This document shows positions 8,333-15,446 of a stretch of 64,000 bases of DNA, piece after piece; within the stretch, counting starts at the first letter, position 1; the number at the start of each line of letters is the position of its first letter. Location of the stretch: the IMG/VR virus record IMGVR_UViG_3300021473_000001; one strand, written 5' to 3'. Both the position numbers and the translations under genes were made by a program. The DNA comes from an uncultured virus (IMG/VR IMGVR_UViG_3300021473_000001). Taxonomy: Duplodnaviria; Heunggongvirae; Uroviricota; Caudoviricetes. The notes below the pieces were generated by a model. That model was not told the origin of the DNA. It saw nothing but the letters and a program-made list of their open reading frames with translations, and made no database searches.

Positions 8333-8551
8333 TTATTCCAATTCTTCTTCTGTAATGAGTGTAATTAGCTTTGAATACACTTCATTCTGAGCTATAGATT
8401 GTTTATCTATAGGAAGTGGATGTAAATTTAATCTGGAGGTATTTATCCAATCAAGAACATACCTGACATTTACATATTTGGTCTTATGACCAGTGGTATT
8501 AAATCTCATATCTTCTGATTGAGATTTATTCAAATAGACAAACTTTGACAT
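8333..8551 (-). CDS. hypothetical protein
   Basis: 72-aa ORF. Confidence 0.65.
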   Translation of the reverse strand: MSKFVYLNKSQSEDMRFNTTGHKTKYVNVRYVLDWINTSRLNLHPLPIDKQSIAQNEVYSKLITLITEEELE

Positions 8552-8552
8552 A

Positions 8553-8663
8553 TCATTTAAAGATTTGAACTAAGGCTGCTATTATTCCCATACCTATGAG
8601 TCCTATAAGACAATAGAATATAATTCTACTACTATCTGTCTCTCTGTCTTCTTGTGTACTCAT
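8553..8663 (-). CDS. small membrane protein (not in ORF track)
   Basis: 36 aa MSTQEDRETDSSRIIFYCLIGLIGMGIIAALVQIFK; fills the gap between neighbours. Confidence 0.6.
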   Translation of the reverse strand: MSTQEDRETDSSRIIFYCLIGLIGMGIIAALVQIFK

Positions 8664-8935
8664 CTTATCGATTTTAAGAGGTGTTTAACCATAGATAAAT
8701 GTATCTTGGCATCATATAGTTCTTTCTTAGCTTTAATGGCATACAGGGCTCCTATTGATGTCATAATTAGATCTACATTATCTATTTCGTCTTCCAAAGA
8801 TAATTGAAATCTCTCATCACTCAAATCCTTCTCTATTGATTGCTGAGCTGTATTAACAACAATTAGTTTAGTACCAACAGGAAGCTGATCTTGTGACCAG
8901 CTCCCCATATTCTTAGCAAATGATATATTATCCAT
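8660..8935 (-). CDS. hypothetical protein
   Basis: 91-aa ORF. Confidence 0.7.
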   Translation of the reverse strand: MDNISFAKNMGSWSQDQLPVGTKLIVVNTAQQSIEKDLSDERFQLSLEDEIDNVDLIMTSIGALYAIKAKKELYDAKIHLSMVKHLLKSIR

Positions 8936-9065
8936 TCTTCTCTTTTTTTAATTGTTCAACATCCTCTACCAGCTTCTCTACAATAGCAGTAATCATAGTT
9001 ATAGAAAACACCATGTCATTAATAAGCTTTGTTAATTTTTCTATTTTTACTTCTTCAATTTCCAT
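8928..9065 (-). CDS. small coiled-coil protein (not in ORF track)
   Basis: 45 aa MEIEEVKIEKLTKLINDMVFS...LKKEKNG. Confidence 0.55.
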   Translation of the reverse strand: MEIEEVKIEKLTKLINDMVFSITMITAIVEKLVEDVEQLKKEKNG

Positions 9066-9133
9066 ATGTTTAATAGGTTTTAAAGGATTTCGTCAAGGAG
9101 GGTCTCCCCTCCTATCAGAAAACCCAAAAGTTT

Positions 9134-9310
9134 TTAATTGAATGACAGTTCTAGCTGTCTATTTTTCTCTATCAAAAGGAGTAACCTTTTAGGAGCAAAT
9201 ACATATATTTGAGCAGATAGACGCTGCTCTTGTATTTCTTTCTCCATTTCTCTGGTATATACCAGACCACTTCTGCTTACTTTCTTGCTTGAATACAATT
9301 TCCTTCTCAT
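9134..9310 (-). CDS. hypothetical protein (not in ORF track)
   Basis: 58 aa MRRKLYSSKK...RQLELSFN. Confidence 0.55.
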   Translation of the reverse strand: MRRKLYSSKKVSRSGLVYTREMEKEIQEQRLSAQIYVFAPKRLLLLIEKNRQLELSFN

Positions 9311-9331
9311 TTCTTTTTGGGTTTTAAATTA

Positions 9332-9778
9332 TTAAAGGTCATAAATATATATGGGCACATCAATTGCCCTTTTAATCTTTGCTTCTATTATTGTCCAATT
9401 GCCTCCACTTAATCCAGCACCAAATCTAGGAGCATGAATTGTGCACTGATGCTTTGTTGCATATTCATTAACAGTAAGAAGACATTTATACAATGACATA
9501 TATCTGAGATTGACACCATTCTTATCACCCAACACTTGGGCAATCATATTGGCCACAATGATGTTATTTCTGTTCTCCTCATTGACTTGTATAAATTGCA
9601 CATCACCAAGAATGTGTCTCCTTTTGCGTCTGTAATAATATTCAGGCTGTTTCCATTTGTGTGAGAGTGAGCCTGTGAAGCCACCTCCCCAAGCTCCTTG
9701 ATTATTACACACATGTATAATAAGCTTGTTTCCAAATCCTGTAGGACAGGTAGCATCCCCTTTTAAATAATGTATCAT
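9332..9778 (-). CDS. macrodomain protein (Poa1p/TARG1/DarG-like ADP-ribose hydrolase)
   Basis: I.Y.KGDAT, IIHVCNN.G.WGGGF, IHAPRFGAGLSGG.W. Confidence 0.88.
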   Translation of the reverse strand: MIHYLKGDATCPTGFGNKLIIHVCNNQGAWGGGFTGSLSHKWKQPEYYYRRKRRHILGDVQFIQVNEENRNNIIVANMIAQVLGDKNGVNLRYMSLYKCLLTVNEYATKHQCTIHAPRFGAGLSGGNWTIIEAKIKRAIDVPIYIYDL

Positions 9779-10051
9779 AAATATATTTTTACATTAATAT
9801 AGCTTAAATATAAAAAAATACACAATCTCCATCAGAATATTCGCCTATATATCCTTAGAGACTGTGTATAGCACATTACAGTAGCTCAATTCAAAGACAG
9901 CCTACTATTACCCTCAGATGAAAACAGAAAATACATTGAAGCGACAATGTTTTTTATTTATGTAACAATATCATAAATGTACTTCCTACAATAAATGCAC
10001 ACCATCCTATTATGAAGATCCACATTAAGATCTCCTGAACTATTTTCTTTT

Positions 10052-10354
10052 TCATTGTACAAATGTATTATAGAATGGTCTCAATTGCACAATAGTGTCA
10101 CCTTTAGTAAACATAAATGACTCTTGATACAGATACACACCTGGTGAATCTACTATTTTCACCTTGAATAATGATATTGCAGGACGATAGTCCTTAATCT
10201 CTACGCTTTGTATAACTAAAAGCGTTTGTAACTTTGGTTTAGATGTTATTGTAACATCTCTTAACCTTCTACTACTAGGGCTCTCACATGATGTTAATAC
10301 AACAAGAGCAATACAAAACACAATGACCAATAGGCCAAATAAATTTCTGTTCAT
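10052..10354 (-). CDS. putative lipoprotein
   Basis: Signal peptide ending in lipobox-like LTSC. Confidence 0.7.
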   Translation of the reverse strand: MNRNLFGLLVIVFCIALVVLTSCESPSSRRLRDVTITSKPKLQTLLVIQSVEIKDYRPAISLFKVKIVDSPGVYLYQESFMFTKGDTIVQLRPFYNTFVQ

Positions 10355-10650
10355 AATTCTTTAGGATATAGAGTTAATATTTCAGGTATTTCAGGACAAA
10401 ACTTATGTTCCCAGCATTCTGATCCATCATATCTATCACGATCAGACCATGTACCATCAGTGTACCAAATTATACCAATTAGACTCTTGTCACCATAACC
10501 ATCAAGCTTATTCAAAAAGAAAGCAAGATTTGGTCCATGATAACCAACTTTGAGAATAAATTGTTCATGGTACTCCATTCCACAATAAATAATGGCACAT
10601 TTAACTGCTTTACCTTCTGTGTGTCTCAGAAATTCTTCTTTTGCATTCAT
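10351..10650 (-). CDS. hypothetical protein (NAK.EFL...G.IW..DGTW..R..YDGSE.W type)
   Basis: Start reassigned to MNAKEEF; the upstream extension overlaps a structured RNA. Confidence 0.75.
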   Translation of the reverse strand: MNAKEEFLRHTEGKAVKCAIIYCGMEYHEQFILKVGYHGPNLAFFLNKLDGYGDKSLIGIIWYTDGTWSDRDRYDGSECWEHKFCPEIPEILTLYPKEL

Positions 10651-10685
10651 AATAAATAAATGTTTAAATGGGTTTACAAATAAAA

Positions 10686-10779
10686 GAAGAATAGGAACGT
10701 ATTCCATGCCACTTTACTGTTTAGCATTGCTCATTTGATTGAGGGGCTCACACATCCTGTTAATTCAGGATTATTCTTC
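10686..10779 (-). ncRNA. multi-stem structured RNA
   Basis: Closing stem GAAGAATA/TATTCTTC; inner hairpins ATCCTG/CAGGAT and GGAA-TACG-TTCC; followed by T-run. Confidence 0.45.
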
Positions 10780-10782
10780 TAA

Positions 10783-10982
10783 ATCTCCTTATGCATTCAA
10801 TTGTAATATTGATATCCTTATATTCTCAGGATATGTTATCCACACCATCTTAAACAGTATTTAGTCGATACTTAATTCGGGGATCGTCAAAGCGATGCTA
10901 ACTCCTCGACAGGTTTCAACTGAGTCTATGGAAATATTACAACTGCTCACCCTTAGGAAGTGAGTTTTGATGCATTAAGATA
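10783..10982 (-). ncRNA. twister-ribozyme-like RNA with about 120-nt P5 insertion
   Basis: TCT-TAA-TGCA...CTCAC-TTCCTAAGG-GTGAG...13-bp P5 stem...TGCA-TA-AGGA-GA; P2, P4 and T1 (TCCT/AGGA) pairings present. Confidence 0.62.
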
Positions 10983-10983
10983 A

Positions 10984-11060
10984 AATAAGGCTGTCCATCC
11001 ACAATGAGCACGACATATTTCTATGTTCATCTCATCGTATGACATTTGTAGCACCTTATT
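10984..11060 (-). ncRNA. long hairpin with GAAA tetraloop
   Basis: AATAAGG/CCTTATT closing, TACGATGAG/CTCATTGTG, ACATA-GAAA-TATGT. Confidence 0.4.
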
Positions 11061-11063
11061 ACA

Positions 11064-11294
11064 TTAATCATCCTCTTCAAAGCTAAGATCATCCATCTCA
11101 TACTCAACAATGTTAATGAGATGATTGTGATCTTTATCTATGTCAATGAATGATTCTCCTCTTGTATCAGCTAATATAAGTCGATGCATAGCCTCAAAAG
11201 CAAGTCTCTGAGTAGAATAATACCTATGATGAACCATTTGAAATGGATTCTCATCATGAATAGTTCCCCAACACAATACAAATATCTTCTTCAT
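11064..11294 (-). CDS. hypothetical protein
   Basis: 76-aa ORF. Confidence 0.7.
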   Translation of the reverse strand: MKKIFVLCWGTIHDENPFQMVHHRYYSTQRLAFEAMHRLILADTRGESFIDIDKDHNHLINIVEYEMDDLSFEEDD

Positions 11295-11328
11295 AATTCT
11301 TATTTTAATGGATAAATAAATATAAAAT

Positions 11329-11355
11329 TAAGCAGTTTTACACATACTTAGGTGT
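11329..11355 (-). ncRNA. compact H-type pseudoknot
   Basis: ACAC-CTAAGTAT-GTGT-AAAAC-TGCTTA: S1 ACAC/GTGT, S2 TAAGTA/TGCTTA. Confidence 0.45.
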
Positions 11356-11362
11356 TGTAGAT

Positions 11363-12013
11363 TTATCTGGATTCTTCCCATTCGATCAGAGAATCATCCA
11401 TCAGCATTACACTAACTCTGTAACGCTTTGCTGTATGGTAAACAGTGGACATACGTCTTTGGTCATCACTCTCCTCCTTACCACAACTTTGTTTCCAAGT
11501 ATATAGAAACTTCTCTTCGATAGCTTTAATTGCTAAAGTTTCTGTTTCCTTGAGATACTCAGATTTGACTGACATATTTTCAGTCCTTGTTTCACCTAAA
11601 ATAACATTTCCATCAACTAGAGATACACGAATATATTCTCTTACCTCAATAGTTTTGTTATCATAGTTATTAGTTATTGTCAAAGTCTTATTGTCTGAAG
11701 ACAATGTAAAATTAACAGAGTTAGAAAAGGTATTACTAACCAACACCTTTTCTTGATATGTATCAAGGACTCTATGATGCCATTGATTATATCCAGCTGC
11801 TGCTAACATTTCAACAGCTTTTTTAGTTTCTTCTTTCAGATAAATATCTTCAGAAGAATTAAATTCTCTAGTTGTAGATCCATCTGACCATATGGAAACT
11901 ACATATTTGTAGTTCTTCTGTAAGAAGAAACTACCTGCCGTCCAATAAGGATCTTGCAGCATAGAGGTTTTCTCTGAAGAGATAAGCCTCAATTTCTTTA
12001 CTATTATTGCCAT
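11363..12013 (-). CDS. hypothetical protein
   Basis: 216-aa ORF. Confidence 0.8.
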   Translation of the reverse strand: MAIIVKKLRLISSEKTSMLQDPYWTAGSFFLQKNYKYVVSIWSDGSTTREFNSSEDIYLKEETKKAVEMLAAAGYNQWHHRVLDTYQEKVLVSNTFSNSVNFTLSSDNKTLTITNNYDNKTIEVREYIRVSLVDGNVILGETRTENMSVKSEYLKETETLAIKAIEEKFLYTWKQSCGKEESDDQRRMSTVYHTAKRYRVSVMLMDDSLIEWEESR

Positions 12014-12113
12014 AAAGCATTAAGTTTAAAAAGTAAAACAAATAACAAAAGAGAACGATTGCTCATACAACCTTCATCCCTCATAAGGACTATTCTCTCT
12101 TGGTGTTTTTTTT

Positions 12114-12515
12114 TTATACTAAAGGTGATGTTACAATAGTCACCTCTGTAATAGCTTCCCAGCCATCAAATACAAATTGAACTTTACCTTCTTCAAGTAA
12201 AATACGTTTGTTCTTAGCTTGTAACAGCCTTTTAGCTGGTGCAAATGGAAGTAATTGTTGTATCATCCCTATTGGTAAGACAATAGCTATCTCATCATAT
12301 TTGGAGACAAGCTCCTTCAAAGAACTCCAATGTCCCTCAAGAATATGATCTGCAACAGTTTCACCTTGTTCTGGTGCTACAGCTTCAAAAGCTACATGCA
12401 CGTTAGATGGTGAAGCTGATAGTTGAGTGATCTGAACTTTTCCAAATACTAATGCTAATGCATCCAATTGAGCCTGGCTCATTGCATGTCTTGATAACCA
12501 AAGAATATTTTTCAT
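12114..12515 (-). CDS. Csx16/Csx20-like protein (candidate ring nuclease)
   Basis: Start MKNILWLSRH; SRH.MS..Q, IVLP..M, KR...E....F.F..W pattern. Confidence 0.55.
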   Translation of the reverse strand: MKNILWLSRHAMSQAQLDALALVFGKVQITQLSASPSNVHVAFEAVAPEQGETVADHILEGHWSSLKELVSKYDEIAIVLPIGMIQQLLPFAPAKRLLQAKNKRILLEEGKVQFVFDGWEAITEVTIVTSPLV

Positions 12516-13054
12516 AATAATTGTAAGAGTTCCACACTTGAGGAGCTCTAAAAGCTTTGGGTTTGTAGAAAACATGAGAATCGAACTCACATACACTCTA
12601 ATGAATGCATAACCATTATTCCTTATCTAAAGGACATCTATGCAATACATATGCATATATTACACAAAATATATCAATGATACTATAATGACATATACAT
12701 ACATAATATGTTAATATAGCATTGGAAAGCTATATTTATTGCATGATTTAAGATTTTGAGGATATCCAAGAGTCAATAAATAGGCTATGACGTGTACTTC
12801 TACCCCTCTTTTGACCCTCAAGACTAACGGAATCTTGACATCGATATATTAAAATTCTCGGGGTGAACTTTTATTTATATGATAAAAGTCATACTCTTGG
12901 GTTAATATATCATTAGTTGCTATATAATTGCTGAGATAACCCACCCAACTGTACGAATTCTTCGTTTATTTACCCACCCTTACATATATTTTTTTGTTTG
13001 CGTAAGCAATGTGTTTGCGTTAGCTTTGTGCTTCCCTTGCACGAATGATCAATT

Positions 13055-13088
13055 AAAAAGCAACACTCCCCTTGCGAGGAATGTTGCT
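13055..13088 (-). terminator. intrinsic terminator
   Basis: Stem AGCAACA...TGTTGCT followed by TTTT on minus strand, just after stop of 13100..13462. Confidence 0.7.
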
Positions 13089-13099
13089 GTGGTCACCAT

Positions 13100-13462
13100 T
13101 TAGACAATTGTCTTTGCTCTTGCTAATGGATCAAGTGTGGTTGTACTGCTATAACTTGCAAGTAGCTCTTCTGCCATCTTGTCTGCAATCTCTGTTTCAA
13201 GGCTTGCCATTAGCATATCCTGTAATGTTAGGAATGCTGATTTGGCTTCCCAACGCTGATATTCCTGATCATTCTTGTCTGTGCGTGTCTCTTCATCGCA
13301 TAATGCAAACAGTTTTGGGATCTTGTCTACCTCTGTGTCCTTGTCAATGCCAAGACTCTTTAGCATATTCTCCCCAATGAAAAACTTTTGGCCTGCAGCG
13401 TTGAAGCCTGTGAATCTACCCTCTGCTGAAAATAACCCTCTGTGAATCGTTACTCGTTTCAT
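13100..13462 (-). CDS. hypothetical protein, first gene of the left arm
   Basis: Start reassigned to MKRVTIHRG after an A-rich leader. Confidence 0.75.
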   Translation of the reverse strand: MKRVTIHRGLFSAEGRFTGFNAAGQKFFIGENMLKSLGIDKDTEVDKIPKLFALCDEETRTDKNDQEYQRWEAKSAFLTLQDMLMASLETEIADKMAEELLASYSSTTTLDPLARAKTIV

Positions 13463-13713
13463 TTTGTTTTTTGTTTTTTGTTTATTAATAATGATGACCA
13501 AGGGGAATACCCCACACTGGTAAATCGTTGGGGGGGTTTTTTGATGGTGTAGTCCCAATCAACACTCACACAAATAATATGGAAGGAGGGGAGTCATTTT
13601 CCCCTACAGTCTTAGGGGGGAGTTTCTAACCAGGAAGATTAAAAAATCAAAAAACTATTTCTTATCTCCAGGAATAAATTCTTTTTCCCAAATTTATCAT
13701 GGTAAAAAATAAT

Positions 13714-13732
13714 TAAATTTGTTATATCTTTG
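13714..13732 (+). promoter_or_regulatory. Bacteroidota sigma-A type -7 elements
   Basis: TAAATTTG (13714) and TATCTTTG (13725) match TAnnTTTG, shortly upstream of the first plus-strand gene. Confidence 0.55.
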
Positions 13733-13751
13733 TAAGAGATAAAACTAAATA

Positions 13752-14102
13752 ATGGCCAACAAGATTATTTTACAAAAGTTAAGCTTCCAGAATGAGGACA
13801 ATTATGTATTAGCGGAGAGGTATTATAATGTGCTTTCTGCTTTGAATAATTTGAAGCTTACACAGAGAGAGGTGCAACTCATAGCTTTTACAGCTGTACG
13901 TGGGAACATGTCGTATGCTAATGTTAAGGAGGAGTTTTGTAAGAAGTATGAGAGCTCTAGTCCTACGATAAGCAATATTGTTTCCAAGCTAAAGAAGATG
14001 GGAATTTTTATTAAGGAGGGAGGGAAGATAAAGGTGGTTCCTATGATACAGTTAAATTTTGCTTTGAATATTAAGTTGGAAATAAATCTTACACATGGAT
14101 AA
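13752..14102 (+). CDS. winged-helix/HTH DNA-binding protein
   Basis: LTQREVQL...SSPTISNIVSKLKKMGIFIK. Confidence 0.7.
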   Translation: MANKIILQKLSFQNEDNYVLAERYYNVLSALNNLKLTQREVQLIAFTAVRGNMSYANVKEEFCKKYESSSPTISNIVSKLKKMGIFIKEGGKIKVVPMIQLNFALNIKLEINLTHG

Positions 14103-14445
14103 GCCTGTTAGTCTTTCTGTAAAACAGTTTATTATTCGCAAGATGGCTGTTTCATTGATGACTCCTGAGAAGACAATTGAGGCTGTGATTAATCATCAGT
14201 TTAATACAATGCTGGAAGCTACAAAGATGGTGAATAGTATGGAGCTTTCTGGGTTTGGTAGATTTTTCTTTAGTGATATAAAAGCTAAGAGGATGTTAAA
14301 GAGATCTTTGGAGAATAAAGAGTTGTATGAAGGGCTTCTGTTACAGACCCTCTCAACACAGAGAAGAAATAATATAGAGGCGAAGCTTAAGAATGTTACA
14401 TGTATTATTAAAAATCTTAATGAAAAGATCAATGAAACTCTCTGA
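14095..14445 (+). CDS. HU/IHF-like protein
   Basis: SMELSGFGRF motif. Confidence 0.6.
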   Translation: MDKPVSLSVKQFIIRKMAVSLMTPEKTIEAVINHQFNTMLEATKMVNSMELSGFGRFFFSDIKAKRMLKRSLENKELYEGLLLQTLSTQRRNNIEAKLKNVTCIIKNLNEKINETL

Positions 14446-14722
14446 GATATATGAAGGTTGGCGTAATCATTTGATTCCTCCTTCTATTCTAAAGGATAAG
14501 ATAGAGAGGATACATATTAGGAGGATGGAGGTATGTAAGATTTGTCCACTTAATTCTGTTAACAATCCACAGGCTAGTTGGCTCTTACAGATGTATGAAC
14601 ATTGTACAGAGTGTGGATGTCCTCTTATGCAGAAGACAAAGTGTTTGTCTTGTTCATGTGGAATAAAAAGTTGGAAGGCTGTGCTGACAGAAGAGCAGGA
14701 AGAACATGTTAATTCGAAATAA
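14432..14722 (+). CDS. Cys-rich Zn-binding protein
   Basis: Start MKLSEIYEGW; CKICP...HCTECGCPL..KT.C..C.C. Confidence 0.75.
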   Translation: MKLSEIYEGWRNHLIPPSILKDKIERIHIRRMEVCKICPLNSVNNPQASWLLQMYEHCTECGCPLMQKTKCLSCSCGIKSWKAVLTEEQEEHVNSK

Positions 14723-14726
14723 GACG

Positions 14727-14942
14727 ATGAAACAGATTAGATTGAGGAAGATTCCTCTGGAATCATTCATTGATACATTGATTGATCTTTATGAAAATGG
14801 GGTCTTGTATGTTGATATTATAGGAGATCCTGGAGAAAACATAGATAGGGTTGGTATATATGTTAAGGATGAATATATGGATGATCCAAAACTCCTGAAT
14901 AAGAATATTACAGATGATGATATAAACCAATTATTAAATTGA
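14727..14942 (+). CDS. hypothetical protein
   Basis: Start reassigned to MKQIRL. Confidence 0.7.
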   Translation: MKQIRLRKIPLESFIDTLIDLYENGVLYVDIIGDPGENIDRVGIYVKDEYMDDPKLLNKNITDDDINQLLN

Positions 14943-14943
14943 T

Positions 14944-15129
14944 ATGAACAATTCACAAACACAGGATGCATTTGCAACCATTAGGGAACTTGCAGCTTTG
15001 GCTGCTACAGAGAACATTGCACAAGTAAATAGAGAGAAGGTAAATGAGCTAATCAACAATTTGCTGACAAAGATTGTTGCCCCAGCTGTACAGAAGTTGA
15101 CAGCTGCCTCTTCAGGATTAAAACTATAA
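14944..15129 (+). CDS. hypothetical protein
   Basis: 61-aa ORF in tight operon. Confidence 0.7.
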   Translation: MNNSQTQDAFATIRELAALAATENIAQVNREKVNELINNLLTKIVAPAVQKLTAASSGLKL

Positions 15130-15131
15130 TC

Positions 15132-15446
15132 ATGGCAGTAGCAAAGAAAAGTATATTTATTTCTACGGAGCTTGATTGGGCCGAACAACAACTTCTGACA
15201 TGGAGAGGATATATCAATGCCAATCCTTTTGAACATCTGAAGGATAGGATAGAGTGGAAACCAATAGCCAGGGGAGGAACAATGCCTATGGTTGTTGCTT
15301 CTATAGAGCAACAGGGAAAGTTTATTCAGGATACAATGAAGAACTATCTTTCTCTTTTGGAAGTAGTGAATACACTTCGTGAAAAAGAGGAAGCCAAAAA
15401 AGAGGCCAGAGGTAAAGGTGAAGTACCACATAGAATGCAGAGATAA
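15132..15446 (+). CDS. hypothetical protein, possible terminase small subunit
   Basis: 104-aa helical ORF TAATG-coupled to TerL; role inferred from position only. Confidence 0.6.
   Translation: MAVAKKSIFISTELDWAEQQLLTWRGYINANPFEHLKDRIEWKPIARGGTMPMVVASIEQQGKFIQDTMKNYLSLLEVVNTLREKEEAKKEARGKGEVPHRMQR

Noticed and set aside
9815..10045. Additional ncRNA in the 9.8-10.0 kb gap
   Set aside because: Only a terminator-like stem (about 9818-9869) and weak hairpins; not enough to call a family.
12553..12630. Second tRNA (T-arm GTGAG-TTCGATT-CTCAT on minus strand)
   Set aside because: No convincing acceptor stem, D arm or anticodon arm; at most a remnant.
13072..13380. Plus-strand 102-aa ORF and other short antisense ORFs nested in long genes
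   Set aside because: They overlap better-supported genes on the opposite strand or frame and show no recognisable motifs.
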